Below are positions 9,861 through 19,756 of a DNA stretch of 64,000 nucleotides, piece by piece. The position numbers were made by a program, and so were the translations under genes. The DNA is taken from positions 3,306-67,305 of the forward strand of contig JAFAMV010000162.1 in assembly GCA_019233055.1 (NCBI GenBank), read 5' to 3'. Source of the DNA: Curvibacter sp. (GTDB taxonomy: Bacteria > Pseudomonadota > Gammaproteobacteria > Burkholderiales > Burkholderiaceae_C). The notes beneath the pieces were generated by a model. It had not been told where the DNA came from. It did not search any database and worked only from the letters and a program-made list of their open reading frames with translations. Every line of letters begins with the position of its first letter. The first letter of the stretch is position 1.

Positions 9861-9906
9861 GAAATGCAATGCGGCTGCCCATTTTTTGGGCAGCCGCTTG
9901 CATTTC
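9861..9906 (+). terminator. long hairpin terminator downstream of maeB
   Basis: GAAATGCAA(T)GCGGCTGCCCA-TTTTT-TGGGCAGCCGCTTGCATTTC. The 11-bp inner stem is followed by a U-rich segment that also forms a 9-bp outer stem. Confidence 0.6.
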
Positions 9907-9977
9907 AGGACCAAATACGTCAAACTTACGCTTTGAAATTTTGGGGTTTACCCGGAGTTTCCGAAAGGTGATATTTC

Positions 9978-10385
9978 ATGCTGCAAAACGTTGCCGCCAG
10001 AACAAGCCGGGCTTTGCTCACTTGTCTGTGGTTGGCAGCGGCCCTGGCGGGCACCTCATTGGTGCATGCCCGCGAGACGCCCGCAACCGATGGCCTGACA
10101 ACGGTTGCCCTGCCTGAGCTGCCGGCTCAAGGCCGAGAGACTTACCAACTGATCCTGCAAGGCGGACCTTTCCGCCATGCGAAGGATGGTGTTGTCTTCG
10201 GCAATCGGGAGCACATCCTGCCGGCGCACAAGCGGGGTTTCTACCGTGAATACACCGTACGGACACCCGGAGAGCGTGACCGAGGCGCCCGACGCATCGT
10301 CTGCGGCGGTCTGCAGCCCACGGCGCCCGACGCCTGCTATTACAGCGACGACCACTACGCGAGCTTCCGCCGCATCGTCGAATGA
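9978..10385 (+). CDS. secreted guanyl-specific ribonuclease (RNase Sa / barnase family)
   Basis: 135 aa with a signal peptide. GGPFRHAKDGVVFGNREHILPAHKRGFYREYTVRTPGERDRGARRIVCGG...YYSDDHYASFRRI aligns by eye with RNase Sa (GPFPYSQDGVVFQNRESVLP...YHEYTV.TPG...RG.RRI.CG...YYT.DHY.TF). Confidence 0.9.
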   Translation: MLQNVAARTSRALLTCLWLAAALAGTSLVHARETPATDGLTTVALPELPAQGRETYQLILQGGPFRHAKDGVVFGNREHILPAHKRGFYREYTVRTPGERDRGARRIVCGGLQPTAPDACYYSDDHYASFRRIVE

Positions 10386-10483
10386 GCCTGGGACCCGCCC
10401 TCGGTTTGACAGCGAACCCCGGCCCGGCACGAGCGTCGGGCAGGCAGCCGATTATTTTTGACCTTAGAGAAAGAGAAGCGGAG

Positions 10484-10885
10484 ATGGATACGCCACTTCG
10501 TACCGTTCGAACCAACATCGTTCAGTCGATTCGGGCCTTTCGGGTACAGGACCTTCAGGACGCCGCCCAGAGCCTGGGCCATCATTTCCTGTACGCCAAT
10601 CTGGCCAATGCGCAGTCCAAGCAGGATGTGCTCGACATGATCGCCGCCCAATTCACCTTCCCATCGCATTTCGGGAAGAATTTCGACGCGCTGTGCGACT
10701 GCATGACCGATCCGCTGCACAAATCGGGCCCGCAGCCGGGCTTCATCGTGGTGCTCGAACAGATTCCGGCCCATGCCAAGTTCGACAAGGAAGCACGGGA
10801 GCAGTTGCTCGACATCTTCCGAGACGCCGCAGACTACTGGGGGGACCGCAAGATCCCCTTCCGGTGTTTCTATTCTTTTCTGTAG
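10484..10885 (+). CDS. barstar-family ribonuclease inhibitor
   Basis: Lies immediately downstream of the RNase. FGKNFDALCDCMTD matches the barstar YGENLDALWDCLTG motif. Start set at the ATG at 10484, preceded by a purine-rich SD. Confidence 0.85.
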   Translation: MDTPLRTVRTNIVQSIRAFRVQDLQDAAQSLGHHFLYANLANAQSKQDVLDMIAAQFTFPSHFGKNFDALCDCMTDPLHKSGPQPGFIVVLEQIPAHAKFDKEAREQLLDIFRDAADYWGDRKIPFRCFYSFL

Positions 10886-11098
10886 CCCGTTCTGCACAAG
10901 CTGGCCAAGCAGAACGGGCCAACGAGGCTGAAGTCGGCACGACCCTGACCGGGATCGCCCTGACCACCCACGACAACGGCGAAAAGATGCCCACCGACAA
11001 GCTGGTGGACGTCTCGCCCCAGGCGCTGCGCATGAGCAGCCCCTTCAATTCAGGCTATTGGCTCTCCGCCGCCTGAGCGGCCTGCCCCCCCCCGCCCG

Positions 11099-11138
11099 CC
11101 CCTGGCCTGGTCATGGCACCAGGCCAGGGGGCATTTTT
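11099..11138 (+). terminator. strong rho-independent terminator
   Basis: Perfect 13-bp stem CCCCTGGCCTGGT / ACCAGGCCAGGGG with a 6-nt loop, followed by GCATTTTT. Confidence 0.75.
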
Positions 11139-11360
11139 CATCGGGGTGTCATTTCTTTGGCTTCACATCGCCCCTCACAGGCCAACGCTGCTCATCTCCG
11201 TTTCTACAGGGATGTGAAAACAACTAACGGCAGGGTTGACGGGGATTGCCTGTAGGGCACGGTGCATGCAACATGCACCGCAGCAAGGGCTTGGCGCCGG
11301 ATCCATCCGATCCTGGCGTGACTCTTGCCTGTACTCGCAGCACCTCCTGGAGGCAACAAA

Positions 11361-13145
11361 ATGAACTTCCTGAACCGCCTTTCGATTCGCGCCCGTTTGT
11401 ATTTTGGAACGGGCTTCTCCCTGGTCCTGCTGACCGTCATCGGCCTGACCGGCTTCTGGGCCCTCAACAGCACCCAGGCCACGCTCAAGACCCTGCTCGA
11501 ACAGAAGGTCCAGGTGCTGACCTCGCTGGACGCGCTGCGCCTGCAGGCGGCCGATGTGCGCCGCAGCGAAAAAGACATCATCATCAATTTCAACAATTCG
11601 GTCGAGGTCGGCAACCTGCGCGAAGCCTGGAAGAAGCAGCTGGGCAGCCTGGGCGCCGCCACCACGGCATTGGCACAGCAGAACAGCGCAGACGCGGCAT
11701 TGGCCGAACCGCTGAAGCAGGTCTCGGCAGCACTGAAGGAATACGAAACCGGGCTGACACCGATTCTTGAACAGGTCGAACGCGCACAGATCGACGGTGC
11801 GGCCGCCGGTGCCTACGCCGACCGCCTGAAGAAGCACATGGAGACCGCCGACCAGGGCCTGTCGACCCTGTCCACGCAGGCCACCGAGGCCATGCAGGCG
11901 GCCCAGGCACAGATGCAGAGCGACATCAACCGCCAGATCGGCCTGATGGTGGGCCTGCTGGTGATCGCGCTCGTGGTGCTCATCCCCCTGACCGTGCTCA
12001 GTGTGCGCGGGCTGGCCCATGCCATCACCCAGGCTCGGGATCTGGCCGAACGCATCGCCCAGGGCGATCTCTCCAACGAGGTGTCGAGCGACGCCACCGA
12101 TGAACTGGGACAACTGGTGAGCGCCATGGGCAGCATGCAGCAATCGCTGCGCGATCTGGTGCGCCAGGTGTTGCAGGCCACCGAAAGCATCGCCACAGCC
12201 AGCACCGAGATCGCCAGCGGCAACAACGACCTGTCGCAACGCACCGAACAGACAGCCGCCAACCTGCAGAAGACCTCCTCGTCGATGGAAGACCTGACGC
12301 TCAATGTGCAGCAGTCGGCGGAATCGTCGCGGCAGGCCAGCTCCCTGGCCAGCTCGGCCTCATCCGTGGCCCAGGAAGGCGGCCAGGTGGTGTCCAAGGT
12401 GGTCTCGACCATGGAAGAGATCCGCAGCGCCTCGCGCAAGATCGGCGACATCACCGGGGTCATCGACGGCATCGCCTTCCAGACCAACATCCTGGCCCTC
12501 AACGCTGCCGTCGAGGCCGCACGCGCCGGCGAGCAGGGACGAGGCTTCGCGGTGGTGGCCGGCGAGGTGCGCTCGCTCGCCCAGCGCGCAGCCCAGGCGG
12601 CACGCGAGATCAAGTCGCTGATCGGTGCGTCCGAGGCCAAGGTCGAATCCGGCGCCGAACTGGTTCAGCAGGCCGGCACCACGATGAGCGATGTGGTGGT
12701 GTCCGTCCAGCGCGTGGCGCAGATCGTCGCCGACATCACCCATGCGGCCAGCGACCAGAGCACCGGCATCGGTGACGTGAACCAGGCGATCGCCCAGCTC
12801 GACCAGGTGACACAGCAGAATGCCGCCCTGGTCGAGGAGTCGGCCGCCGCAGCGCAATCGCTGCAGGGCCAGGCCGAACAGCTCGAGCACCTGGTGCGCC
12901 GCTTCCGACTGGACCAGGGTGGGGCGGCAACGGCCCGACCGGCCCCGGCACGCCCCGCCATGACCACCACGCCTGCGCCGATGGCACGCCCGCTGCCCGC
13001 CGCAGCGCGGTCCAAGCCGCTGGCCAAGGCCGCCAGCACACCGACACTGCCACTGAAGAAGGTTGCCAACGCAGCCTCCAACCCGGCGCCGGCAGCCACG
13101 CCGCCGGCAGCCGCCAACAACAACGACGACTGGGAAACCTTCTGA
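11361..13145 (+). CDS. methyl-accepting chemotaxis protein (4HB/HAMP type) with C-terminal DWETF pentapeptide
   Basis: Conserved signalling hairpin [39 protein letters not shown]. The protein ends ...NNNDDWETF, resembling the NWETF CheR/CheB-tethering motif. Start at the ATG at 11361. Confidence 0.92.
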   Translation: MNFLNRLSIRARLYFGTGFSLVLLTVIGLTGFWALNSTQATLKTLLEQKVQVLTSLDALRLQAADVRRSEKDIIINFNNSVEVGNLREAWKKQLGSLGAATTALAQQNSADAALAEPLKQVSAALKEYETGLTPILEQVERAQIDGAAAGAYADRLKKHMETADQGLSTLSTQATEAMQAAQAQMQSDINRQIGLMVGLLVIALVVLIPLTVLSVRGLAHAITQARDLAERIAQGDLSNEVSSDATDELGQLVSAMGSMQQSLRDLVRQVLQATESIATASTEIASGNNDLSQRTEQTAANLQKTSSSMEDLTLNVQQSAESSRQASSLASSASSVAQEGGQVVSKVVSTMEEIRSASRKIGDITGVIDGIAFQTNILALNAAVEAARAGEQGRGFAVVAGEVRSLAQRAAQAAREIKSLIGASEAKVESGAELVQQAGTTMSDVVVSVQRVAQIVADITHAASDQSTGIGDVNQAIAQLDQVTQQNAALVEESAAAAQSLQGQAEQLEHLVRRFRLDQGGAATARPAPARPAMTTTPAPMARPLPAAARSKPLAKAASTPTLPLKKVANAASNPAPAATPPAAANNNDDWETF

Positions 13146-13179
13146 CGGGCTATGCGCCGGGCCGCCGCCCGGCAGCGGC

Positions 13180-13941
13180 TCAGAGCGCCTGGGCCAGGGC
13201 GACGTAGTCGCCCACCGGCACCTCTTCGGCGCGGCGCTGGGTATCGAAGACACCGCCATAGCCACGCGCCTCGAGCCAGCGGCCCAGCGTGTGGCGCAGC
13301 AGCTTGCGCCGCTGGCTGAAGGCCACCTGGACCAACTCTTCCAGCAGAGCCACCGACAGGGCCGGCGGTGCGGCCAGCGGCACCATGCGCACCACCGCAC
13401 TGTCCACACGCGGCGGCGGATCGAAGCTCTCGGGCGGCACGAACAGCACATTGGCCATCTCGTAGCGCCACTGCAGCATGACGCTCAGGCGGCCATAGTC
13501 AGAGGTGGCCGGGGCGGCGACCATCCGGTCGATCACCTCTTTTTGCAACATGAAGTGCTGGTCCTGCACCGCGCCGACATGGTTCAGCAGGTGGAACAGG
13601 ATGGGGGTCGAGATGTTGTAGGGCAGATTGCCCACCACCCGCAGGCGGGGCACGCCGAGTTCGGCGGCCAGTGCCGTGAAGTCCACCCGCAGCACATCGG
13701 ATTCGATGACCTGGAGCTGGGGATGCTCGCGCAGACGGCGCGCCAGGTCACGGTCCAGTTCGATCACCGTGAGGCGTCCCAGGCGCTCGACCAGCGGCTG
13801 GGTCAGCGCCGCCAGGCCGGGGCCGATCTCGACCACGGGCTGGCCGGGCTGCGGGGCGATCTCGCGCACGATGCCGTCGATGATGCCGGCATCCGACAGG
13901 AAATGCTGGCCGAAGCGTTTGCGGGGAATGTGTTTCATCAA
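13180..13941 (-). CDS. rsmA: 16S rRNA (adenine1518/1519-N6)-dimethyltransferase
   Basis: [18 protein letters not shown]...[12 protein letters not shown]...[10 protein letters not shown] are KsgA/RsmA hallmarks. Confidence 0.95.
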   Translation of the reverse strand: MMKHIPRKRFGQHFLSDAGIIDGIVREIAPQPGQPVVEIGPGLAALTQPLVERLGRLTVIELDRDLARRLREHPQLQVIESDVLRVDFTALAAELGVPRLRVVGNLPYNISTPILFHLLNHVGAVQDQHFMLQKEVIDRMVAAPATSDYGRLSVMLQWRYEMANVLFVPPESFDPPPRVDSAVVRMVPLAAPPALSVALLEELVQVAFSQRRKLLRHTLGRWLEARGYGGVFDTQRRAEEVPVGDYVALAQAL

Positions 13942-13977
13942 AGAGCCCTCGGCATCGCCGCCACTGCGGCGGCGCGT

Positions 13978-15345
13978 TCACTGGGGCGGATCACGGAATT
14001 CGACATAGGCGCGGGCGCGGACTTCCTGGGCCCAGGACACAAAGGCTTCGTCCATCTTCTTCTCGCGCAGGGCGTTGCGAGCCAGCTCCCGCTGATCCCG
14101 GGTCGACAGCGGCTGTTCACGCCGTTCGACCAGTTGGATCAGATGGACGCCGAAGCGGCTCACCACCGGGGCACTGACCTGGCCTGGCTGCAGCGCATCC
14201 AGAGCCTCCTCGAACTCAGGCACGAACTGGCCCGGGTTGGCCCAGCCGAGATCGCCGCCCTGTTTGGCGCTGCCATCCTGTGAATGTTCGCGCGCCACAT
14301 CGGCAAAGCTGGCCCCGCCGTCCACGATGCGCTGGCGATAGCCTTCGATCTGGGCAATGGCCGCCGCCTCGGTGAGCTTGGGGCCGGTGCGCAACAGGAT
14401 ATGCCGCGCATGGCTCTGCGTGATGGTCAGGCCCTGGGCCTGGCCGCCCTTGCGGTCCAGCAGCTTGAGGATGTGGAAGCCTGCGCCGGAACGCAGGGGC
14501 CCGGCCAGACCGTTGATCGGCAGACCCTGTACCCCCGAGACAAAGAGCTCCGGGTAACGGTCGGTGGGCCGCAGGCCCATGTCGCCGCCTTTCTCGCGAT
14601 CCAGGCCATCCGAGTAGTCTCTCGCGAGCTGGGCGAAATCGGTGCCGGAACGCGCCTGGTTGAGGATCCGCTCGGCGCGGGCCTTGAGTTCGGCCACCTC
14701 GGAGGCACTGGCGCTTTCCGGCACGGCCACCAGGATCTGGGCGATGTCGACCTCGCCGCCGGAGCTGGCCTGGGCCGCCAACTGATCCTGCAGGTACTGG
14801 TCGATGTCGGCGTCGGTGATCTTCACCCGGGGTTCGACCTCGCGCTCGCGCACCCGCGCCAGCAGCAGTTGGTTGCGCAGGTCCTCGCGCAGTTGGGCGA
14901 CGGTCATGCCGTCCTGGGTGAGCCGGCGGTGCAGTTGCTCCACCGTCATCTGGTTCTGACGGGCGACGTTCTGCTCGGCCAGATCGACCGAACTGTCCTC
15001 GATCTTGAGGCCGTTCTCCACCGCCACCTGGGCCTGGGCCTTTTCATTGATGATGCGCTCCAGGGTCTGGTGCAGCACCTGATCCATGGAGGGCGGCGTG
15101 ATGCCCTGCTGGGCCAACTGCTGCAGGGCCCTGGCCGCACGCTGGCGCACCTCGTTGTTGGTCACCGGCTCCGAATTGACCACCGCGACGATGTAGTCGG
15201 CCTGCTTGGGGCTGCTGTCGACCACCGCCGGACGCGGCGTGCTGCCCAGGCTGGCATGCGGCAGACGGATGCCCTGGGCCTGCACCGACAGAACGGCCAG
15301 ACAGGCCAGCGCCAGGACGGAAACGCGTTTGATCATGGTGTGCAT
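13978..15345 (-). CDS. surA: periplasmic chaperone / peptidyl-prolyl isomerase SurA
   Basis: Signal peptide, SurA N-terminal domain and two parvulin-like segments (HILL...GGDLGW...). Sits in the canonical position between lptD and rsmA. Confidence 0.9.
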   Translation of the reverse strand: MHTMIKRVSVLALACLAVLSVQAQGIRLPHASLGSTPRPAVVDSSPKQADYIVAVVNSEPVTNNEVRQRAARALQQLAQQGITPPSMDQVLHQTLERIINEKAQAQVAVENGLKIEDSSVDLAEQNVARQNQMTVEQLHRRLTQDGMTVAQLREDLRNQLLLARVREREVEPRVKITDADIDQYLQDQLAAQASSGGEVDIAQILVAVPESASASEVAELKARAERILNQARSGTDFAQLARDYSDGLDREKGGDMGLRPTDRYPELFVSGVQGLPINGLAGPLRSGAGFHILKLLDRKGGQAQGLTITQSHARHILLRTGPKLTEAAAIAQIEGYRQRIVDGGASFADVAREHSQDGSAKQGGDLGWANPGQFVPEFEEALDALQPGQVSAPVVSRFGVHLIQLVERREQPLSTRDQRELARNALREKKMDEAFVSWAQEVRARAYVEFRDPPQ

Positions 15346-15360
15346 AGGCTCGCAAGAGCC

Positions 15361-17727
15361 TTAGTCATAGTTGCTGAAGCGGCTGGGCGCCGTCACCTGC
15401 TCACGCAGGTACTGGTAACGGGGAATGGCTTGCCGCAGGGTCTGCAGCGGGCTGGCTCCCAGCCGGGAGAAGCCCACGAATTCGATCTGGAACAGCACAC
15501 GGGTGTTGGCCGTGGTGAGGTTGGTGTTCAAACGGTCCAGCACGATGCGCCCGATCCAGCAGTCGGCATCGTACTCAAAGCCGATGATGGAGTCGACCAT
15601 GCGCTTGTTCAGCATGTCGTAGTTGAGCCGCCCCACCCCGTACCAACGGCCCGGCCCGAGGCCTCGGCCGGGGCCGTTGTCCACGCCCTTGTCGCCCCAG
15701 AGGTCATTGAGCGGCCACTGCCAGCCGATGTCGAGCTGCTGGCTGTTGCCACGCTGGAAGCGGTAGGCGTAATTGAACACCCGGTAGTTGCTCGGGCTGT
15801 AGCGGGCGCCGAAGGAAGAGGCATCCACCGCATGCGCCTGCGGGTTCCAGGCCAGTGCCGTGTTCAGGGTCCACAGCGGGTTCCAGTTGATGTCGGCCCC
15901 GCCCAGCACCTCGCCCGCATGGCCGGTGACCGGCTGGTTGCCCGGCAAGGTGATCAACTGGTCACGGAACTGGGCGCGGGCCGCCAGGCCGAAGCGGGCG
16001 ATCTCTGCCCCCGTCTCGGGCGATTGCAGACGGCTGATGGCCCCCACCGTCAACATGTCGGCATCCGCGATGCGGTCATGCCCCCCGAACTTGTTCTCGG
16101 AGAAGATGGTGGTGAAATTGAAATCGTTGAGCGCGGTGTCGTAGATCGGCAGCGTGTTCTGGTTCCGGTACGGCGTGTAGACGTACATCGCCCGGGGCTC
16201 CAGTGTCTGGTGGTAGTCGCGGCCGAAATAGTTGACATCGCGGTCGAAATACAGGCCGCTGTCCAGGCTGAAGGTGGGCACCACCACATTGGCTGCCGTG
16301 CGCCCATCGCTGAGCGCCGAGCTGAAGGTGTAGCTGGCGGCCTGCATCTGCAGCTTGGGTGTGACGAACCAGCCCGGCGACAGGAAGGGCCGGCTCAATT
16401 GGCCCAACACATAGTTGCGCTGCGCATTGGGCTGGTTGGTCAAGGTGGGATCGGCCAGGAACTGCGAATGATCGCCCTCCACCAGGTAGTCGAAGCCACC
16501 CACGTTGGTGCGGGTGTAACGCCCCAGGAATTCCGGCGCCCGGTCGTAGGGCGGGGTGATCGGCGAAGTGACCTCCTGCAGCGTCTGCCAGCGCAGGGAG
16601 CGGAACTGGGCGAAGAAATTGTCCTTCGACCACGACACATTGACGTCGTTGGGCAGCAGCCGCTGGGTCAGCGAGGGCACCGTGCGGTTGAAGTCGCTCC
16701 AGTAGTTGTCGTCGCTCACGCGGTTCAGGTTGAAACCCACCGCCACATTGCCGATGGCGCCCACGCCGGTGTCCACCAGACCGTTGTGCTGGGCCGAATA
16801 GCCCCAGCGGGACATGCCGCGCAGCTTGTCGTCGGGCATGTAGTCGGCCCAGACCTGCCCCTTGTAGGTGGTCTCGAGGTAGCGGAAATCACCGGCCATG
16901 TCCACACCGCGCTTGCTCATCAGCGTCGGGTAGAGCGTGGCGTCGCGGTTCGGCGCGATGTTCCAGTAATAGGGCTGGGTGTACTCGAGCCCGTTGAGCG
17001 ACGAGGTGCCGATGGAGGGCGGCAGCCAGCCCGACTTGCGCGCATCGCTGAGCGGAAAGCTCAGCGACGAGGCCCGGATCACCGGCTTGCCGTAGAACTC
17101 GAGCACCCCGTTCTGGGCATCGCCGATGTCGTTGTCCTGATCCAGCTTGAGGGCGTCGGCACGCAACAGCCAGGCCGGCACCCAGTCCGGCCCCGGGGTC
17201 CGCCGACAGGTGCTGTAGGTGCCCTGGCGCACCACCATGTGGTTGTCGCCCACAAAGTCGATGCGCGCGGCGTCTCCATAGGCGTGGGTGGCCAGGAACT
17301 CATAGTGCGGCTGGGTGAAGAAGCCTTCGAAGGCATCGACCTTGAGCTCCAGCAACTGCCCCTGGTAGGTGTTGCCCGCGCGGTTGATGTAGACATGGCC
17401 GCGCACCTTGGCGAGGTCATCGGGCTGGTAATACTCGAGCCGGTCGCCCCGGATCACCGTGTCGGCCCGCCGCAGCTCGCCGTGGCCGTCGACCACGGTC
17501 TGCAATTCGTTCTGGCCGCTGATCTGGTCGCCGGTGACGAAGGTGGGCATCTGCGGACGCACCTGGGCCGGGATCTTCTCCTGCAACAACTGGCTGCTCT
17601 TGAGGTGCGGCTGCGGCTCGTCGGCGTCCACCGGGCGCAGGCCCGAATCGGCCAGCGCCTGGGCCTGGACCAGGCCGGTCTGGAACAAAAGCCCGACCAG
17701 GCATGCGACAGGGGTGCGAACGAACAT
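15361..17727 (-). CDS. lptD: LPS-assembly outer-membrane protein LptD
   Basis: Large beta-barrel protein upstream of surA. I prefer the start at the internal Met (MFVRTPVACLVGLLFQTGLVQAQA signal peptide). The longest ORF (to 17862) would overlap the divergent gene start. Confidence 0.88.
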   Translation of the reverse strand: MFVRTPVACLVGLLFQTGLVQAQALADSGLRPVDADEPQPHLKSSQLLQEKIPAQVRPQMPTFVTGDQISGQNELQTVVDGHGELRRADTVIRGDRLEYYQPDDLAKVRGHVYINRAGNTYQGQLLELKVDAFEGFFTQPHYEFLATHAYGDAARIDFVGDNHMVVRQGTYSTCRRTPGPDWVPAWLLRADALKLDQDNDIGDAQNGVLEFYGKPVIRASSLSFPLSDARKSGWLPPSIGTSSLNGLEYTQPYYWNIAPNRDATLYPTLMSKRGVDMAGDFRYLETTYKGQVWADYMPDDKLRGMSRWGYSAQHNGLVDTGVGAIGNVAVGFNLNRVSDDNYWSDFNRTVPSLTQRLLPNDVNVSWSKDNFFAQFRSLRWQTLQEVTSPITPPYDRAPEFLGRYTRTNVGGFDYLVEGDHSQFLADPTLTNQPNAQRNYVLGQLSRPFLSPGWFVTPKLQMQAASYTFSSALSDGRTAANVVVPTFSLDSGLYFDRDVNYFGRDYHQTLEPRAMYVYTPYRNQNTLPIYDTALNDFNFTTIFSENKFGGHDRIADADMLTVGAISRLQSPETGAEIARFGLAARAQFRDQLITLPGNQPVTGHAGEVLGGADINWNPLWTLNTALAWNPQAHAVDASSFGARYSPSNYRVFNYAYRFQRGNSQQLDIGWQWPLNDLWGDKGVDNGPGRGLGPGRWYGVGRLNYDMLNKRMVDSIIGFEYDADCWIGRIVLDRLNTNLTTANTRVLFQIEFVGFSRLGASPLQTLRQAIPRYQYLREQVTAPSRFSNYD

Positions 17728-17860
17728 CCGCCCGGCAACAGGTCTCGGGTCACGCATCGGTCGGGGCATCCATCGCAGGCAATTCAGGGACAGGCTCAAG
17801 AAAAGAGACAGGGCCGGACACGCGATCGGTCCGGGCCGGGTTTGTAGAATCCGATTATCC

Positions 17861-19000
17861 ATGACCCAGCCCGTGCCCCCATCCGTGCCACCTTCAGCGC
17901 CCGCCGTCTCCGCCCCCCCGCCTCAGGCCCAGCCCCAGCCCGCGCTGCACTGGGATGATCCGCAGCGTGCCGCCGCCTTCCAGGCCTGGCTGGGCGAGGT
18001 CGCGCCCGCCCATGGGCTGGTGCCCGCCAGCGTCGTGCTGGCCTCGGCCGATGCCAGCTTCCGGCGCTACCTGCGGATCGACAGCCGCCAGGGCAGCCGC
18101 ATCATCATGGACGCGCCGCCCGAGCGCGAGAACTGCGCCCCCTTCGTCCATGTCGCCGGCCTGATGCAGGCGGCCGGCCTGCATGTGCCGGACATCCTTG
18201 CCTGGGACCGGGTCCGGGGCTTCATGCTGCTCAGCGACCTCGGGACCCACACCATGATGAGCGCGCTCGATCCCGAGCGCCCGCAGGACGCCGCCCCCCT
18301 CTACCGGCAGGCCACCGACACCCTGCTGGCCTGGCAGCAGGCCTCGCGCCCCGGCGAGCTGCCCGATTGCGACGCCGCCCTGCTGCAGCGTGAATTGGCC
18401 CTGTTTCCTGAGTGGTATGTGGGCCGGCACCGCCAGTTCAAGCTCGACGACAGCCAGCGCAGCACCCTCAGCCAGGCCTTTGACACCATCGTCGCGCACA
18501 ACCTCGCGGCGCCCCGGGTCCATGTGCACCGGGATTTCATGGCACGCAACCTGATGCTGCCGCAGACCGCCGGGGGACCGCTCGGCGTGCTCGACTTCCA
18601 GGACGCCATCCACGGCCCCATCACCTACGACATCGCCAGCCTGCTGCGCGATGCCTTCCTCAGCTGGGAAGAGGATTTCGTCATCGACATCACCGTCCGA
18701 TACTGGGAGAAGGCGCGCAAGCTGGGCCTGCTCGACTTCGAGGACTGGCACAGCGATTTCGGCGCCTTCTACCGCAGTGTCGAGTGGATGGGCCTGCAGC
18801 GCCATCTCAAGGTGGCCGGCATCTTCGCCCGCCTGACCCTGCGTGACGGCAAGCCCAGGTACCTGGCCGACACCCCGCGCTTCATCGCCTACATCCGCAG
18901 CACCGCGCACCGCTACCGCCCCCTGGCGCCGCTGCTGCGCCTGATCGACCAGATCGAGAACCTGCAGGCCGCCAGCGGCTACGCCTTCGGACGGGTCTGA
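17861..19000 (+). CDS. aminoglycoside-phosphotransferase-fold kinase, AmgK-like (anomeric MurNAc/GlcNAc kinase family)
   Basis: SADASFRRYLRI...IIMDAPPERE...LLSDLG...VHRDFMARNLM...DFQDA..GPITYDIASLL. Divergent from lptD, as for amgK in pseudomonads. Start at the ATG at 17861. Confidence 0.8.
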   Translation: MTQPVPPSVPPSAPAVSAPPPQAQPQPALHWDDPQRAAAFQAWLGEVAPAHGLVPASVVLASADASFRRYLRIDSRQGSRIIMDAPPERENCAPFVHVAGLMQAAGLHVPDILAWDRVRGFMLLSDLGTHTMMSALDPERPQDAAPLYRQATDTLLAWQQASRPGELPDCDAALLQRELALFPEWYVGRHRQFKLDDSQRSTLSQAFDTIVAHNLAAPRVHVHRDFMARNLMLPQTAGGPLGVLDFQDAIHGPITYDIASLLRDAFLSWEEDFVIDITVRYWEKARKLGLLDFEDWHSDFGAFYRSVEWMGLQRHLKVAGIFARLTLRDGKPRYLADTPRFIAYIRSTAHRYRPLAPLLRLIDQIENLQAASGYAFGRV

Positions 19001-19003
19001 ACC

Positions 19004-19756
19004 ATGCCGCGCTTCCATTGCCCGGCGCCGCTGCACGCCGGTGCCGCCCTCAGCCTGCCCGCCGGCACCGCCCGCCATGTGCAGGTGCTGCGCCTGCAGC
19101 CCGGTCAGACCATCACGCTCTTCAACGGCGAGGGCGGCGAATTCGACGCCACCATCACCCGCATGGGCCGCAGCGAGGTCGAGGTCGAGGTCGGCAGCCA
19201 TCGGCTGCTGGAGCGCGAGAACGCCCGCGCGGTGCACCTGCTGGCCTGCATGCCGGCCAATGACCGCATGGACTGGCTGGTGGAGAAGGCCACCGAACTG
19301 GGCGCCAGCCGCATCACGCCGCTGATGAGCGCCCACAGCGTGCTGCGCCTCAAGGGCGAGCGCGCCGACAAGAAGGTCGCGCACTGGCAGGCGGTGGCCG
19401 TCGGCGCCTGCGAGCAATGCGGGCGCAACCGGGTGCCCGAACTGCGGCCGGTCCAGGACCTGGCCGACTGGCTGCGCCAGTCGCCCCCCGCCGCGCCCGG
19501 TGAGACCCGCCTGCTCCTGTCGCTGCGCGAAGACAGCCGGCCGCTGGCCGAGCTGCTGGCGGGCGGCACCGGGCCGGTCACCGTGCTCAATGGCCCCGAG
19601 GGCGGACTGCAGCGCGAAGAGGAAGACGCTGCCGTCGCCGCCGGCTTCGTGCCGGTCACCCTGGGGCCGCGTGTGCTGCGCGCCGAAACCGCGCCGCTGG
19701 CCGTCCTGTTCTGCTGCACCGAGGGCGACGCGGCGCGCCACACCCCATCGACATGA
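19004..19756 (+). CDS. rsmE: 16S rRNA (uracil1498-N3)-methyltransferase
   Basis: MPRFHCP...LRLQPGQTITLFNGEGGEFDATI...ATELGASRITPL...LNGPEGGL is the typical RsmE pattern. Confidence 0.9.
   Translation: MPRFHCPAPLHAGAALSLPAGTARHVQVLRLQPGQTITLFNGEGGEFDATITRMGRSEVEVEVGSHRLLERENARAVHLLACMPANDRMDWLVEKATELGASRITPLMSAHSVLRLKGERADKKVAHWQAVAVGACEQCGRNRVPELRPVQDLADWLRQSPPAAPGETRLLLSLREDSRPLAELLAGGTGPVTVLNGPEGGLQREEEDAAVAAGFVPVTLGPRVLRAETAPLAVLFCCTEGDAARHTPST

Noticed and set aside
10885-10919. 11-bp-stem hairpin GCCCGTTCTGC-N13-GCAGAACGGGC right after the barstar stop, considered as a terminator.
   Set aside because: No U-tract follows it, so it is not called an intrinsic terminator. It may be a cassette boundary or an RNA-stability element. 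The clear terminator is at 11099-11138.
10693-11076. 127-aa plus-strand ORF overlapping the end of barstar.
   Set aside because: The 5' two-thirds overlaps barstar in another frame and is Arg/Pro-rich nonsense. Only the part downstream of 10920 looks like genuine former coding sequence; it is reported as a remnant, not as a gene.
15361-17862. Longest LptD ORF (833 aa) starting at 17862.
   Set aside because: It would overlap the divergent kinase start (17861) and place about 45 non-signal residues ahead of an obvious signal peptide. An internal Met at 17727 is preferred; 17757 is also possible.
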